Source of the DNA: Catajapyx aquilonaris
Taxonomy: Eukaryota
Direction of reading: 5' to 3'
Assembly: GCA_000934665.2 (NCBI GenBank)
Contig: JYFJ02001409.1
Span: 1 to 64,000, forward strand
Length of the DNA stretch: 64,000 nucleotides
Of the stretch, positions 37,068 through 53,061 are shown one piece after another (the first letter of the stretch is position 1; every line of letters begins with the position of its first letter). The notes beneath the pieces are model-generated. The model saw nothing but the letters and a program-made list of their open reading frames with translations, did no database searches and was not told the DNA's origin. The position numbers and the translations under genes are program-made.

Positions 37068-40000
37068 GGGTGAAGTGTGCTGAGTTCACCATAGAAATGG
37101 CATGGTTTCATTATGTCACTGTCTTATGAATGGAAGCAGGTGGGCCAAAGTGTCAAAACATATGTCTCTGCAGTACTGGATGGCATGCAATTAATTACAT
37201 ATATCCAGTCAGGGTGGAAGAAAGTTTTCACTTTTATAATTCCAACACTGCCCCATATCCTGTTACCCTAGGTGCTTATTTTAATGACTGTATGCCCCTT
37301 ATAATTTCTTTAATGTGGTAATTATGATATGGTCTATCATTTCAAATTACTTCACTCAGCCCAGCATTACCATTAATCTTGCATAGCTCATTGTATTGGC
37401 CTTTTGTTTAACAGAGTAAATACCATCATTACACCTAGCTGGATCCTGCCGTAAGGAAATCGTATATGAACAAATAACACTTTATGAGCTGCATGTCCTT
37501 GACAAATATTCCCCCTCCTGCAATATGCATGGGCTGAAACTTAAGAAGATGTGCAACCAATAGCAATCTAGCACCAATTCATTGATATGCATTTCTTTAT
37601 GACCTAAAATGTTTTGCATATGCATTCTTGATTTCAAAAGCATTCTTGAAGAAAGTGACAAGGTCATATTTTCTGGCAATAGATGTAACGGTCAACTAGG
37701 GAACTGGGAATATTTTTAGATTGCTGTCAAAATTTGTAAGTCACCTGCAAACAAGAGGAGTTCTTAATGGTGCATGCAAGGGTGTAACAACATAGTATTT
37801 TACTATAAAATTAATTTCAAGCTTGAAGGACAAGGCAATGTTGACAAGGCCACTTGATAAAATCAACCTGTTGGTATTCTTCTGTACCTCAAACTACATA
37901 ACTTCTCCAACCTGTCTCGTACAAATCAAACATCTTTATAATGCATGCAATTTTGAAAGGCACTTATTGCTGGCCAAAGTGGGAAAGATGCACAGATCTT
38001 GCCCCTTTCAGCAAGGTGATTACCACAATGATCCACGCCATAAAATGAATGTAAAGCACAGTTCATGCAGGAAGTTCTGCAAGACTCTTACACCTTCTAC
38101 CTTCCCACCCCAAATAATCTGGATATTCTCCCCACACACCCTCTTCCTCAACAATATTCAGTGGTAAGGAACACATTTAAATTGAAGTGTTCTTAAGACA
38201 AGAAATGGTATGGTGCTCCCATAATTACATCTACATGTGTCAAGTAGTGCCAATCTGTTTTTTTCCCATCATTGCATGCTAATTGTTGTTACATGCAGAT
38301 GCTTCCTTTTCACCCCCATTTGAAGTACAGGTAACTTGCTTCTTGTGCAGAAGTTATGCATTGCAGTTGTCATGTAATGTGAAAAATTGTTTTGTACACC
38401 TCTTACTTGGCCACTCAAACATTTTTTCACTTCTTTATCAATGGATATGAAGCCCTTTAATTACTTGTATGCCAAGTGAATGTACATGAACTGGTGGGGT
38501 GGGTGGGTGGGGGAAGCTGAATACAACTGAGATGCAAGGTACCTGTATTGTCAAGTGCTATCGAAGACTGTATTTTAGATAGGTTATTTTCAAATAACTT
38601 GCATGTTATAATCTACAATGTTCTACTGCTTAAAAATTGCAGCAATACTTTTAATTGCTGAACTTCTGTGCCTAAAAGTGGTGCCAATCTGCTTGTCCTC
38701 TATACTACTGGGTTGTGCTATTATGAGTCTATAGGACTACTGTGCTCTCTGTTCTCTGTCTCCCTGTGTCAGCTGCTTGCATCCACTGATTTTCCTTGAG
38801 TCTATAGTTTGCTTACACTGCACAAGCAATGCAGATTTTGTAAAGTTACATCTAGTATTAAATTTGACTCAAGTGAAAATGTCAGGGAGATGTAGGGCTG
38901 GTACACTTTTTTTAGCATGATAATTATGTGCATGAATTCAGCAGTTCAGTGGCTGAAGGGTTAGTAGTGCAGTAGTAGTAGCAGCAGCAGCAAGAGCTCC
39001 TGGTAGTAGTAATAGGACTCAAATCTTCACTTCTGGGACCTGGTTCAGTTCCCAGAACAAGAATCCATGTGAGAAAGGGTAAGCAGTCCTTACCGTGCCT
39101 TTTGCTATTTTGGATGGTATTGATGCCCACTCTGTGCTATCTTCAACAAAGCTGCACAATCGTGTATGACGAATGTAATTATGCATTAAGGAGGGGAACT
39201 TAATTGTACCAAGAGCTAATGATTGTACGAACATTCTCCTACTCCTTTTGAGTAAGGCAGTGGCTGCCTAGAGCATGATATACAAATTATGGGCATGAGA
39301 AAATGCAATTCTGACTTCCTACTAATTTCAGGTGTCAAGACACAACCATGTAAACTTGCTCTCTGTCAGTTTTGCCTTCTTTGTGAACCCAAATGATTTC
39401 TATATGTATCCAGTATTTTTTGGCTGTAAAACAGCTTTACTAATTATAACTGTGACAGCTGATGGCTTTACAGCAGCTTTTATGAAATTGTATTAAAATT
39501 GTTGATTGATTATTTTTGGTGCGAGTGCGATGCGACTCAACACAAAGCCTTATGTGATACCTGTACATATGATTGTACTGACAAGAGCATAAGGAGGTAC
39601 ATATTTTTAAAATGTCTCCACACTGTCAATTGCAATATACACAAAAAATAATAATTGGGTGATGTGTGATAAACCTGTGCATAATAAGGTGCTGCCATGT
39701 TTGGTCCATATTTTAGAATTAAAGACCACTTTCCTCATTGTTACCCATTTGTGCCACTGAAGGTAGATGATGTACTGAGGGTTTCACAGATGCTATTTGT
39801 TGTTTGGAACAACGAATAAAATGTATGTTAAGCCCTCAGTAGATCATGTGTCGTGAGTGGTGCAACTCGACCTGAATGTTATGTTGAACATTGCCTGTCC
39901 AAGTGTCAAACTAACAAACAACAAACAAAAAAGGGGCAAGGGCAGCCCCTTAATTTTCGATCTTTATGACCTCACCACATCATGGACTAAACATGGCCAT

Positions 40001-40397
40001 GTCATTGGAAGGTTCTCACATCAACATACATTTCATGATTATTGTGACAGTGACCCTGCTGCCAAAAGCTTCTGTGCACTTTCCTTATGCTTGTATTGGT
40101 ACCACTGTTTTATTTTATCACTGCAAGGCAAATGAGTCTCAGAAATAAGCCAAAGAGTAGAGGAAGACAGAATCCTGAATGTTGGCAAGAGTATATCTCA
40201 GGTATGAAGATTCATTCTAACATGTGCATTTAAAACAATCATTATTTTAAATTCTGCCTAGTGTAATTACAGAAAAACCAGTCTTGCTGGTAGCAGATTT
40301 CTGTAATGAGCAGATTTGCATTATGTAGGGTGCCCGAGACACCAGCTCACATTTGTTCAAATGGAACTGAGGCAGACGGCCCACATAACAGGAGGTA

Positions 40398-40785
40398 CAG
40401 TACCGTTCATAAAGAATGGTACGACTCTACATGGACGAAATGTTTATTATGTTCCCAACCCCTCAGTCACCAGCATGTTTTTAGGGGTCACGAGGAAGTT
40501 CGGGAAAAGGGAATCAAACTAAAATAAAAAAGAGAAGAGAAAAACAAAGCTAAGTAGGAAAATTTTAGGGCGAAAATTCCCATCATATCTACGTAAGCAT
40601 TTCACTGGGTTGAACATTTTGGTCATTAAAATTTTAATTTAAAAATCTGAATGGGTCATACGAGTCACCAGAGGTCCAGAAAAGGTTGTCCATAGGGTTT
40701 TGTTGAATTAAGGTTGGGAATAATGCTCGATAATCAGGATAAACATTTCTTCCATAGAGTCGTACCATTCTTATGAGCAGGACTG
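40398..40785. mobile_element. Tc1/mariner-type MITE
   Basis: TA|cagtaccgttcataaagaatggtacgactcta versus tagagtcgtaccattcttatgagcaggactg|TA. Confidence 0.8.
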
Positions 40786-41493
40786 TACTTACCTTGGAGA
40801 AGGTGGACTGATCTGAATGAATTCCATCGAATGATTGCATGCCTGATCAGTCATATGCACAGTCAGGTCACCTTCACCCAGGCAAGTTGCTAGCCATCTG
40901 CAATAATTTCGCCAACACTAATTAGAGCTAAGGTCTTTTGGGACTGTGCATAATAACTCCAAGAGTTCTATGAAGCGAACAATTGCTTCAAAACAGTTTC
41001 ATTCAAACCAGGGTCCTAATGAGCTTGTTGCAGTGTGTATTTCCTTTGGTGCTAGTATTATTACTTTATGATGGCAGCTGTCTAACATGTTGACGAGTGA
41101 TTAGTAATGTGTTCATTAGTGCCAAGTGTTGCCAGCACATAGTGTACACATGACCAAGCAGCTCACTACCATTTTCCATTAAAACACTACTGCCAGAATG
41201 TCTTTGTTATCAGTGTATATTTTAAATAAGTGCAATAAATACATGTACCTTAACCTTGACTATGCAAGTGTACATTTTTACACCCTACCTTGGTCACTTG
41301 CTATGCATAATCTTAATTACATTTGATTTAGTACTGGTACCTTTCACCGTATTTGCATTTTTCGAGCGACAAATGGAGTTCATATCGAAACAAACTAAGG
41401 TGAGACCAAAACTTAAAAGACATTTCTTGGCATTTTGAAACTTACATCATTTAGATGTTTTCGAGTTATAGGATTTTAAAATAATTGGGACAA

Positions 41494-41733
41494 GGGCGAC
41501 ACGGTGGCGGAGTGGCTAGCGTAAGGTCCCGAGTTCGATCCCCGGGTCGTGCAGAGGATACTTATGTGGATTGAGTTTCAATGGGTTCTCTTCGTATTCG
41601 CGTGGGTTTTCTCTGGGTTCTCCCGTTTCCTCCCGCAATCAAAATCCATCACACGCAGGCAATGATTAAAGTTGGTTCACGAAAAGAAGATCCCCTAAGA
41701 GGCCCAAGGCCTATCATGGGGTATCCATTATTA
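41494..41733 (+). mobile_element. tRNA-derived SINE with V-domain-like core
   Basis: A box tggcggagtgg, B box gttcgatcc, central cgtgggttttctctgggttctcccgtttcctccc, (tta)n tail; 13-bp TSD aaataattgggac (41479-41491) / aaataatttggac (43637-43649). Confidence 0.8.
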
Positions 41734-43626
41734 TCTCTATTTATATTTTAGTTAGTTTGTGAGTTTGTGAGTTTGGATGTTTGTCCCTTATAGAAATCCA
41801 GGGGAAGGCCCCTACACCGCCTTAAATTAGCATATCGGGGGTTACATTTTCCAGGAATCTAACGCCGCATGTTTCAGCTTCCGAAAATGAACCTAACTCC
41901 CACAACACGCATATTCCCAAATCTTCCCCTACTCGCGCCTCAACAATTAACATAATTACATCCACTTCTATAGCAACAACGACAATTTATCTTTTCCCAA
42001 GTTCGCAATCCCATGGAAATGCCCTTATGCACAATACCTATCAAAGTAATGCATTTGCATTGCATCTATACAGGGTTATCCAACTCTATGGCACCCAACA
42101 GTTATTGGAAAAATCAGAAAGCTGCTTGTTTATAAGCAGGTCGTTGCTAAGAGATCAATAAGAGATACTTTCTGGAGAATCGGGAATAGCACCTGCTGAT
42201 ATTAGGTCCAATGCCTATGTAACAATAATGAGGGAAAAAAGGGTCATCCGTGGGAATCAGGCTGTTCTGGTGTTCGCTGGAGGGTTTCACATGAGGTCAC
42301 TAGCTGCCAAACCACAGGCCTAATCCGTCGGAACTGGACAGACCCGGGTGTGTCAATAAATAGGCCTTCTGGTCTGTTCATTGTTGGCCGCAGTTGGCGC
42401 AACTGTGACAGGTCAACAGGCAGCGTTGTTTAGTTACCAGTAAATAAACAGTTCTTGTAGAGTAGTCAGGACCAGGACATGCCTTACTCAGGGGGCCTGT
42501 TTGAGGGTCGCCCAATGGCTTCTAGGGTTCTAACAGTACAGTCTGCATTGGGCATTCTCTCATTAATTGGTACTGTACATGCATGGGCATTGGACCTAAT
42601 ATCAGCAGGTGCTAAGACTGGTAACTAAACAACGCTGCCTGTTGACCTGTCTCAGTTGCGCCAACTGCGACCAACAATGAACAGACCAGAAGGCCTATTT
42701 ATTGACACACCCGGGTCTGCCCAGTTCCGACAGATTAGGCCTGTGCACAGGCCTAATCTGTCGGAACTGGGCAGCTATAGTGACCTCATGTGAAACCCTC
42801 CAGCGAACACCAGAACAGGCCTGTTTCCCACGGATGACCCTTTTTTCCCTCATTAATAAATTGTTACAGGGGCATTGGACCTAATATCAGCAGGTGCTAT
42901 TCCCGATTCTCCAGAAAGTATCTCTTATTGATCTCTTAGCAACGACCTGCTTATAAACAAGCAGCTTGCTGATTTTTCCAATAACTGTTGGTGCCATAGA
43001 GTTGGATCACCCTGTATATCTTGCGCCTCTTTTTTTTTTTACAAGTCCTGTCGCCGTAAATGATTCAACTCATCCGCCAATTACGCTAATTGGCCACCTC
43101 ACATGAGTTCATATGGTATGGTCATTCCGGGATTTTGTAGATTTGAAATTAGACTTCTTGACACAAATAAATACAAGAAAAATGTGTGTGTGTGTTTTTT
43201 TTAAATTACGCAGTGTTGAAAACAAAATTTCCCATCAGGCATCTGTATGTACATTTCTCAAGTTCTTCAGGGCAAACAGTTGGAAAGAGGTGGGGGTGTG
43301 AGGTGGGGTTGAGGGGTCATGGGGTCAAATATTCTGGGGGAAAAAAATCATGGCTGTGCAGTCTTTTCCTGGGACAACTCCATCCCCATTCCTCTTTTTA
43401 CACATCCAATCAGAATGTCTACATTGACTATGCTATAACCAAAGCAGGCAATCTATCACAGATAGTGACAAACTTTGGCTTATTGTAACTTGGCCTTATT
43501 TTAAAGTGTATCGAGTTCCAGTGTATGGAACGCAAATTTTACAAACAAACAAACTTCCTAATATATATGTACCCGTACCTTTAACAGCATCCCAACATAC
43601 CCGGGCAACGCCGGGTAACCTGCTAG
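41734..43626 (+). mobile_element. Non-autonomous Helitron C inserted in the SINE tail
   Basis: A|TCtctatt...(gtttgtga)n... hairpin acccgggcaacgccgggt + aacctgCTAG|T; no TSD. Confidence 0.85.
42071..43014. mobile_element. mariner/Tc1-type foldback MITE inside Helitron C
   Basis: TA|cagggttatccaactctatggcac...gtgccatagagttggatcaccctg|TA with inverted arms of ~370 bp. Confidence 0.9.
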
Positions 43627-44251
43627 TTATTATTATAAATAATTTGGACGTTCTTTTTTGATGATCCTGTACCCATAACAAGAGCACCACTATAACATTG
43701 GGATGTATCGCATCAATCCCTGTCAAGCTTTGGCTGCCTGTATTTCATTGTTGTTGATTACTTACCAAACAATTCCTGATGATGATAAGTTGGCTTTCAA
43801 AACTTTGACAATGATGCAATCACTCCTTAATAAGCAAAATGAAAAGTCCTCGAAAAGTTAGATAAATTGAAAACAGCCGTGCCATTTTATTTCGCATTAG
43901 GTATATGAACAATTTTTCTAGATATCTAGAAACTCATGTAATACAAGTCATGAAACTGCTGATAATATTCACATAGTAATGTAACCACATGGCTTACAAA
44001 ATGACCAGAAATATGGCAACACTAAATCACAATTAATTAAGCACCATATACATTGGCTACTGAAAGAATGGTTAATGAATTTGCCAAAATATATAACTTT
44101 GCTGATACTGGAACAATCGAGTAAATGCATCTTGTGGTACCGTACTATGCATTTGATTTCATCCTCGGCACATGAAGACATGAAATTTACTGCATGGAAC
44201 GGGATCATGAGCAGCATGCTTCATGGCATCATTTTTGAGAGCCAACATAAT

Positions 44252-46658
44252 TTACAAGTCTGGAATGGAGTGGTCCATGGTCTTCTTCATCAAATCCATT
44301 GCCATGCTGTAAAACAAATTGACATGTCATTAGTGCTTAAAATTTTCATTTTGAATGGCAGGTGACATCATTACTTTCAGTCCCCTTGTTTACAGCTACT
44401 ATAGATTGTAACACCAACCAAAGAAATAGTCTGGTAATTCAGTGCTACCAAATTCAACTTCCCAATTAGTTCACAATCCATATGTGTATCTCTAAAATCT
44501 CACTGCATTACCCCTTATTATTCACATGAAACCCACCTTTTAATCATGTGTGAATACACAAAGGAGGGCATGATGGTGATGGTGATGACATTTCCTCCCT
44601 CATCAATGATCTTGGTTGTCTCCTTATCCTTTATGCCCACCACATTCTGTCCATTCACTTCCAGCAAGTTGTGATCTGTCAGCAGTCCATTTCGAGCAGC
44701 AGAGGAGTCCTTGACAATGGTTAGGATACGCCCATCTTTGAAGTGAAATCCAATGTGTCCCACGCTATCCTTGTGCATTGTTAGTGTGCGCTCAAATGGG
44801 CGATCACGAATTGCCAGCACTATGCATTTGGCATCTGCCTTGCGAAACATCTTGTGCACCTGAAACAGGTTTCATGAAGGAAAATAATTAAAATTGAGAA
44901 GACAAGCAGTCACCAAGTCTCACTTGAAATTTCACAGTATGCTCATCTTTTGAACGCTGTGGCAATTGCAGATTCAGGAGTGTCTTATAGTCAGTCTTTC
45001 TTCAGGCACCTGCAGTCGCTGACAGTCACACTCAGTCAGTCATTTTAGTCCAAGCCTGGGTCCCTAATCTATGCAAAAGCTTACAGTGTGTTCCACAAGT
45101 TGGGGCAACCGGTGCAGACATTTCTGACAATGTGGGCCTGTTCTACCTTCGGAAATTAACTCAACCATCCCCATTTTAGGGGAACTACAGTACTCCAGCA
45201 GGGTCAGGTGGTCAGGGTGTCCGATCTTGCACACTAATTTTACCAATTTCATATCCATTTCACACCACGCCGATTTTTTTCTTTTTCATTATTTTACATC
45301 AGATATGGTACAATAATCCATCATATGAAATGCTTGTTTTCCAGGTACAGTACTTGAGTACCAGCTATGTAAAGAGTGCCACGTGGTCTAACAACAATCT
45401 TGGATTGTCATCATTGACATTGAGTATAGTCATATATAAGTGGTGCATTGACACCAATCACAAGGTATTTGATAGTAAGAAATCCTGATTCCGTCATGAT
45501 TTTTGTAATCAGGCACCTGATGGGTGACCTCCCAGATATGCACACGTAAAACTGTCATGTGACGGATACGTAACTATTTGCAATGTCCTTTATTTGAACT
45601 GTTGGTCTGCACAAAATCTACTCAAAACAATAATACACCACTACGGCATGGTGGAGTTTTTGGTTTCCAAGTACATTCCCATGAACCACATCAAACATGT
45701 CAAATATGTGGGCTGAGAAATTATCAAAGTTTGGTCGATCGAAGACAATATTATCAGAAAATGCAATATTCTTCCGAGACAATTATAAGGGCAATGTGAG
45801 GAATGTTCCACAATTTTCTATAACCGTAGACCATTAAAATATTAATTGCAAAACATGTTTTGCCCCTTTCCCTCCCAAGCATGATAATGTATAAATTATA
45901 CAAATTATAATTGCTATGCAGTATATTAATAGGCCCTGGTAGTTCCTCTGCATATCTGTATCTGTATGTTCCAAGAATTAAACCTGCATTTTAATCCGTT
46001 ATACATCAAGCAAAATAAAACTGTTGTATGTCATGTGAAGTCAAATGTAGGCATAAAACAGTTCATTCCAGTTTTCTTTTGATGTACAATAAAACAAAAG
46101 GCTCTTCCTATAAAGACTCACTTTGTCCATAGAGAATCCAGCCAGGTTGGTCCCATCCATTTGCAGAATCTGGTCACCAAACCTGAGCCCAGCCTGGGCT
46201 GCAGGTGATCCCCTCTGCACCAAGGCCACAAACACCCCTGTGTTGAGGGCCTTGACCCTCAAGCCAATCTTCCCATCAGCATCCTTGCAAAGGGTGACCT
46301 CCCTTACACCATGGGTCACCTGTGCACGGTAGAGACCCACAGACTGGCCTGAGAGCGGTGCCACCATGCCAGTGGACGTAACGGCCCTGGATCCAGGGAT
46401 GGCCAGAGCTTCTTCAGCATACTCTGGAAGGTTGGCACGGATCACCTCAGGGGTCAGCTCCAGACCCATGTAATCCTTGAGTGAAGGGTACAGGTGGGCC
46501 AGCTGCTGATCAGAAGCTTCAGAATTGTAAGGAGGTGGGGGGGCATTGGGTAGGCCTATGGCTTGTGGAGCAGCGGCTGTTGCAGCCATCGCTTGATGCT
46601 GGGCCCGGATCATGTGGTCTGCCTTCATGTCCTCCAATGATGGGTACAGTGATGCCAT
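44252..46658 (-). CDS. SDCBP: Syntenin (syndecan-binding protein), tandem PDZ adaptor, 3 coding exons, ~304 aa
   Basis: Exons 46658-46122, 44859-44537, 44306-44252. [12 protein letters not shown] start, PDZ1 (GKIGLRV...GLRFGDQIL), IRDRPFERT linker, PDZ2 (GHIGF...[10 protein letters not shown]), C-terminus MDHSIPDL. Confidence 0.96.
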
Positions 46659-47804
46659 GGCTGGAATTAGTACAGCAGAATCAATTAATTTATGATCCAC
46701 CTGACAAACATAACCAGCCTGCAGATATGCAAAGCGAAACACTTATGAGCAGTGTCTTGCTACTGACACGGTAATGATGACAATCAAAAGCAGTTTTCAA
46801 TATTCTGTTGCTGTTACAAATATGCAACTGTGCACATTGCTGCCACAAAGTGAAACATTCAAACTGCTGAGGAGGAAAAGTCATATGTTGGTCATTCATG
46901 TGCATGGCCTGATGACTCAGTTGGGGGCAATGAGTAAGGTACGTCACTAGCTATAAAGCCACATTATTCACATGAAAACATTACTTCCTGATGCCTATCT
47001 TCATGATTGGACCTTGTAGGCCATAGTTTGTGTACTCTAGCTTAAATTGCAACAAGGGCATGTTATATTGTTTTTTTCCAGGAAATTCTGCATAAGGGCC
47101 TCAAGCAAATAAGACCTTCTTGGCCAAGGTCATCCTTGTTTCAAATGGCGCATTTTTTCATCTCCAATTTCCACTAGTTTTACTGCTAGGGTAGATAATA
47201 GTCACCAGTGGCACATATGCGTGTGATATGTTCGACTATGCACATCACGTGTTAAAATAATACACCGCTACGGCATGGTGGGAGTTTTTGGTTCCCGTGT
47301 ACATTCACATGAAACACATCAAACATGTCATGTGCACCGAACCATAACATTCAAGGACGCCCTTGAAATGCCCATGTTCTAAAGGTCATAATTTCCACAG
47401 TACCAGTTAATTTCTGCTTCTCTAACTTCCCCTGCCATTGTCATTATCCATCTACACCCCAGCTGACAATGTGTGCCGCCACAGGCTGAAACACAATTTG
47501 CCTTAACAATGTGCATATGCATAAGAGTGTCCCTTCCAGACCCAATGAAGTGTCAATCCCAGTCTCTACTTGTGCCGCATCCTGTCACTACCTCAGTACA
47601 CCCCCTCCGGCTGGTAATTGTACCTAATGAATGCTAATCATGAATACATTACCTAATGGTAGTTTGTCCCTTCTCGTAGTACGGAATGTGTGTTGAGCGG
47701 ACAAGTACTGGTCGTGCTGTGCAGGAGGGAGGCCAACTAGTACTGTAGTATTCCGGGTAGCGTATTATCAGATAGTTCCAAGGGTAGTTCAATCGAATGT
47801 GCCA

Positions 47805-47945
47805 GTGGGTGAGTCACTTGACGTCACGCACTGGCGCAATAGTCACGTGAAACCACTCCGGTGGGGGGTGGAGGAGAGGGGCGAACAGGGGGGCGAAGGA
47901 GGTAGGTCAGGGAGGGTGGGAGGGGAGGAGAACAGGCCTACTTCC
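47805..47945 (-). promoter_or_regulatory. Putative syntenin proximal promoter
   Basis: AP-1 tgagtca (47810-47816), CRE tgacgtca (47819-47826), E-box gtcacgtga (47842-47850) and a G-rich tract, upstream of a probable non-coding exon donor near 47650. Confidence 0.5.
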
Positions 47946-50926
47946 TGTGGGAGTTTCTAGTGAGGAGCCTTGCCGATGGAGGCGCTGCTTGCCAGGCGGG
48001 CTATTTCAATAACTACTATTTTTAGAGATAAAGAGATAATGAACCGAAAGAAATCTCAGAAAATCCACGCAGCACCTTGAATGATTTTTATTACTTATGA
48101 TAATATTTTGTTGAAATTATTACAACTTTCAAACACAGCCTTGTACATGAATAAATTCAATTTATCCCTCTTCGTATGTCTCGAAGTTAGGTTTATGTTA
48201 TAATCTGCATACAGGCAGTCTTAGGAAGGTTTGGAATTCATGATATGTTATTCGTGATATGTTTGGGAACAGACACATAGTTGTACAGTGAGGTATAATT
48301 ACGCACTTGCACGGTTACGATTCACATTTAACCATGGAACATGCCATATTTTTTTTCTTCTTCTTCGGAATACTTCTCGCATTTACCACCATCGAGAGAA
48401 AAATACCTTGGGCCTAGTATTTCAAGTAACTGAGTCGTTTTTAAAAAAACAGTTATTTGAAGTTTTCTGCGGTTACCACCCATATAGACTTACGACAGAC
48501 AGCAAACATTAAATGCCAAGTAGAACAGCAGCATAATTATGCTAGTAAAGGGGTTGCTGAAAGTTGTATAGACATGCAAGATTTTAAGGTTCAAACAGTT
48601 AAGATTAAGACACTAGAGAATACTATTTCCCTTCGCGATCTTTTGGGTGGTTCGCAGAAATAAAAATAAGTACAGCTAGAGCATATGACTTGAGACCCGA
48701 CTCTTGCTAGGTTCCGTCTCGTTTTTTTTTTTTTTTAGAAATGAAATTTGTCCTTCTTTTACACCCACAAAGTACGCACACAGCAATAGACACGCGTCAT
48801 GAAGATGGGAAAGCAGCTCCCGTCACTGGTCCTAACTGCTAACATATGTACTTTACCACAAACCGGCCAAATAAACCGGGGTGACACATTTTGGAAGGCC
48901 TCCATTATCTCGAAACATCCCTCACCCAAAATTTTACTATAACCTGTAGAAGTAGTGGCAATAGAGAAAGGAAAAAAAAGTATGCTAAAGCACCTTTGCA
49001 TATATGAGTCTTTTTAATTTCAGCGAGCATCTGCCTGTCATCAATATATCCTATCACCTGCTGTAATAATGTGGATAAGAACACGTGATTTTTTTATTGG
49101 TACTGGTATGTTTCAAACAAAAATGGAAGACTGTGCTGGGTCAAATTGGAGCTCTCATGAACATCCAAATGTAAATAATAAATGCCGGGTTAAGAAGTGG
49201 GGGTTTCTTGGCCCAACATGGAAAAAGGGCCGCTCGAGTGCAAAATGCGTGACCTAAATGATTAATATGCCAATTCGTACTATGACACTGCACGGTGTGT
49301 GTGTGCTGGTGCCATGAATATTCGGTAGCTACTGTTTCTTTTCTTCCCGTTAAAAAAAACGTAATACTGCTACCTGGTGCTAGACATAGAAATCTGTGGC
49401 CGATTCCTGAGCAATATTAAAGCGGTACACACGTGTTCCTACCAATCTCTGTGAATCCTAGCCACAAGTTTACCCACCAAATGACACACCAGAGGAATCC
49501 GTATTTTATTGGTCTTTTCCGACAATAAGTTACCTAACACTATGACCATCTAGCGATAGTTCCCCAAAAGTATAACAGACAAGGCAAGAAGGACCTAAAC
49601 CTCACACACTCGTTATGTACATTACGACACTTGTTCTACACCTGTACATATTTTAGACATAGGGGAATAGAGGAGGGAGCTGGGATATGGATAGGGATGG
49701 GGAGGTACAGTACAATTCAAAATAAAAATCCTTGCAGCAGTTACAATAATCTAATATACCAGACAACCATTCACCTATGTGGGAGTGAGGAGGCTCCGTA
49801 TTTTTTTTTCCATTGTGTTATAGATACTCCGTACCATAATGAACGCATCTAAATTGTGAAGATGTACGATTTTCACAATTCATTTGCGTCCATGACTGCA
49901 CAGCACAATGTACCATACTAATCACTGAGTGAATCTCCAGTTCCAATGTGGATGTACTCTCCAAGTACTACAACTATACACGACCGGGATCAATGTGATC
50001 CAAAACGAAGTTGTCAGAGTGGAAGCATGGCGCTTTCTTTTTTTTTAAATATAAAGTTTCTCCTCTATCTCACTCATTCTCTCGTTCTCTTTCTCCCTAA
50101 GAAAACAAACAAACACAAGTAGTCAGGGCGGTCCGATGCACAAAAGGACAAGTAGTCTATTAGGTTCTAGCAAAAAGACATCGAAGGGGGACACAACAAG
50201 TATAGAGTTTCTTCTTTGTAAGAAACTTGATATGTAATTCTGGATATGTATTGTGATTGTGCTTCTGCCCCTATCAGGTTGCGACTGTAGAACTTCTTAT
50301 GGCATATAGTAACACGGTCATGGAAGGCGAAAATTTGAGAAATACTGTATGCAAAATAGGCTGCTTTTAAAAGTCCCGTTCAAGTCCAGACTCTGGAAGA
50401 GTTGGCAGGGTCGGAGGTCAGATTTGGACTTGTACTTGCTTCATGACTCGAGGTCTAAATAAATACTTGTACTTGGAACGTGTGCAAAAAAAAAAGTTAC
50501 CCGTTTTAATGAGGTCCAAAAGTAATGCTGAAATTTTCAGTACACCTATGTAAATAAAGAGGATGAACTATTAACAAGCAACACAATATCAATTTGAAAC
50601 AACACGTCGAGGTAAAAAAAAACAACAACAGCCAGCAAGTCCAAACGAGTCCTCCAGATGCGACCCCATCACCCTCCGATCGACCCTGAATGCCATAAAC
50701 TGTAAAGAAGTGACCCGCATTTCAAGAGGTGAACAATGCAAATATGGGGCAGAAGCGGCACCGTCAACGTCACTGTCACTCTGACACAATGTCAGCTTGA
50801 ATAATTATAGGCAACGTGCCGCCATATTACTCTCGGCAAGCACTTAACTTTGGCGCTTTGTATATACTCTTTGTTTTTTTCTTTCTTTCTCTCTGTCTTA
50901 GTACTCTGACTCAAAAAAAGCAGCGA

Positions 50927-53061
<2,135 letters not shown>

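Noticed and set aside
41494..41550. Possible tRNA gene
   Set aside because: A and B boxes are present but there is no anticodon arm or cloverleaf; it continues into a SINE body with tail and TSD.
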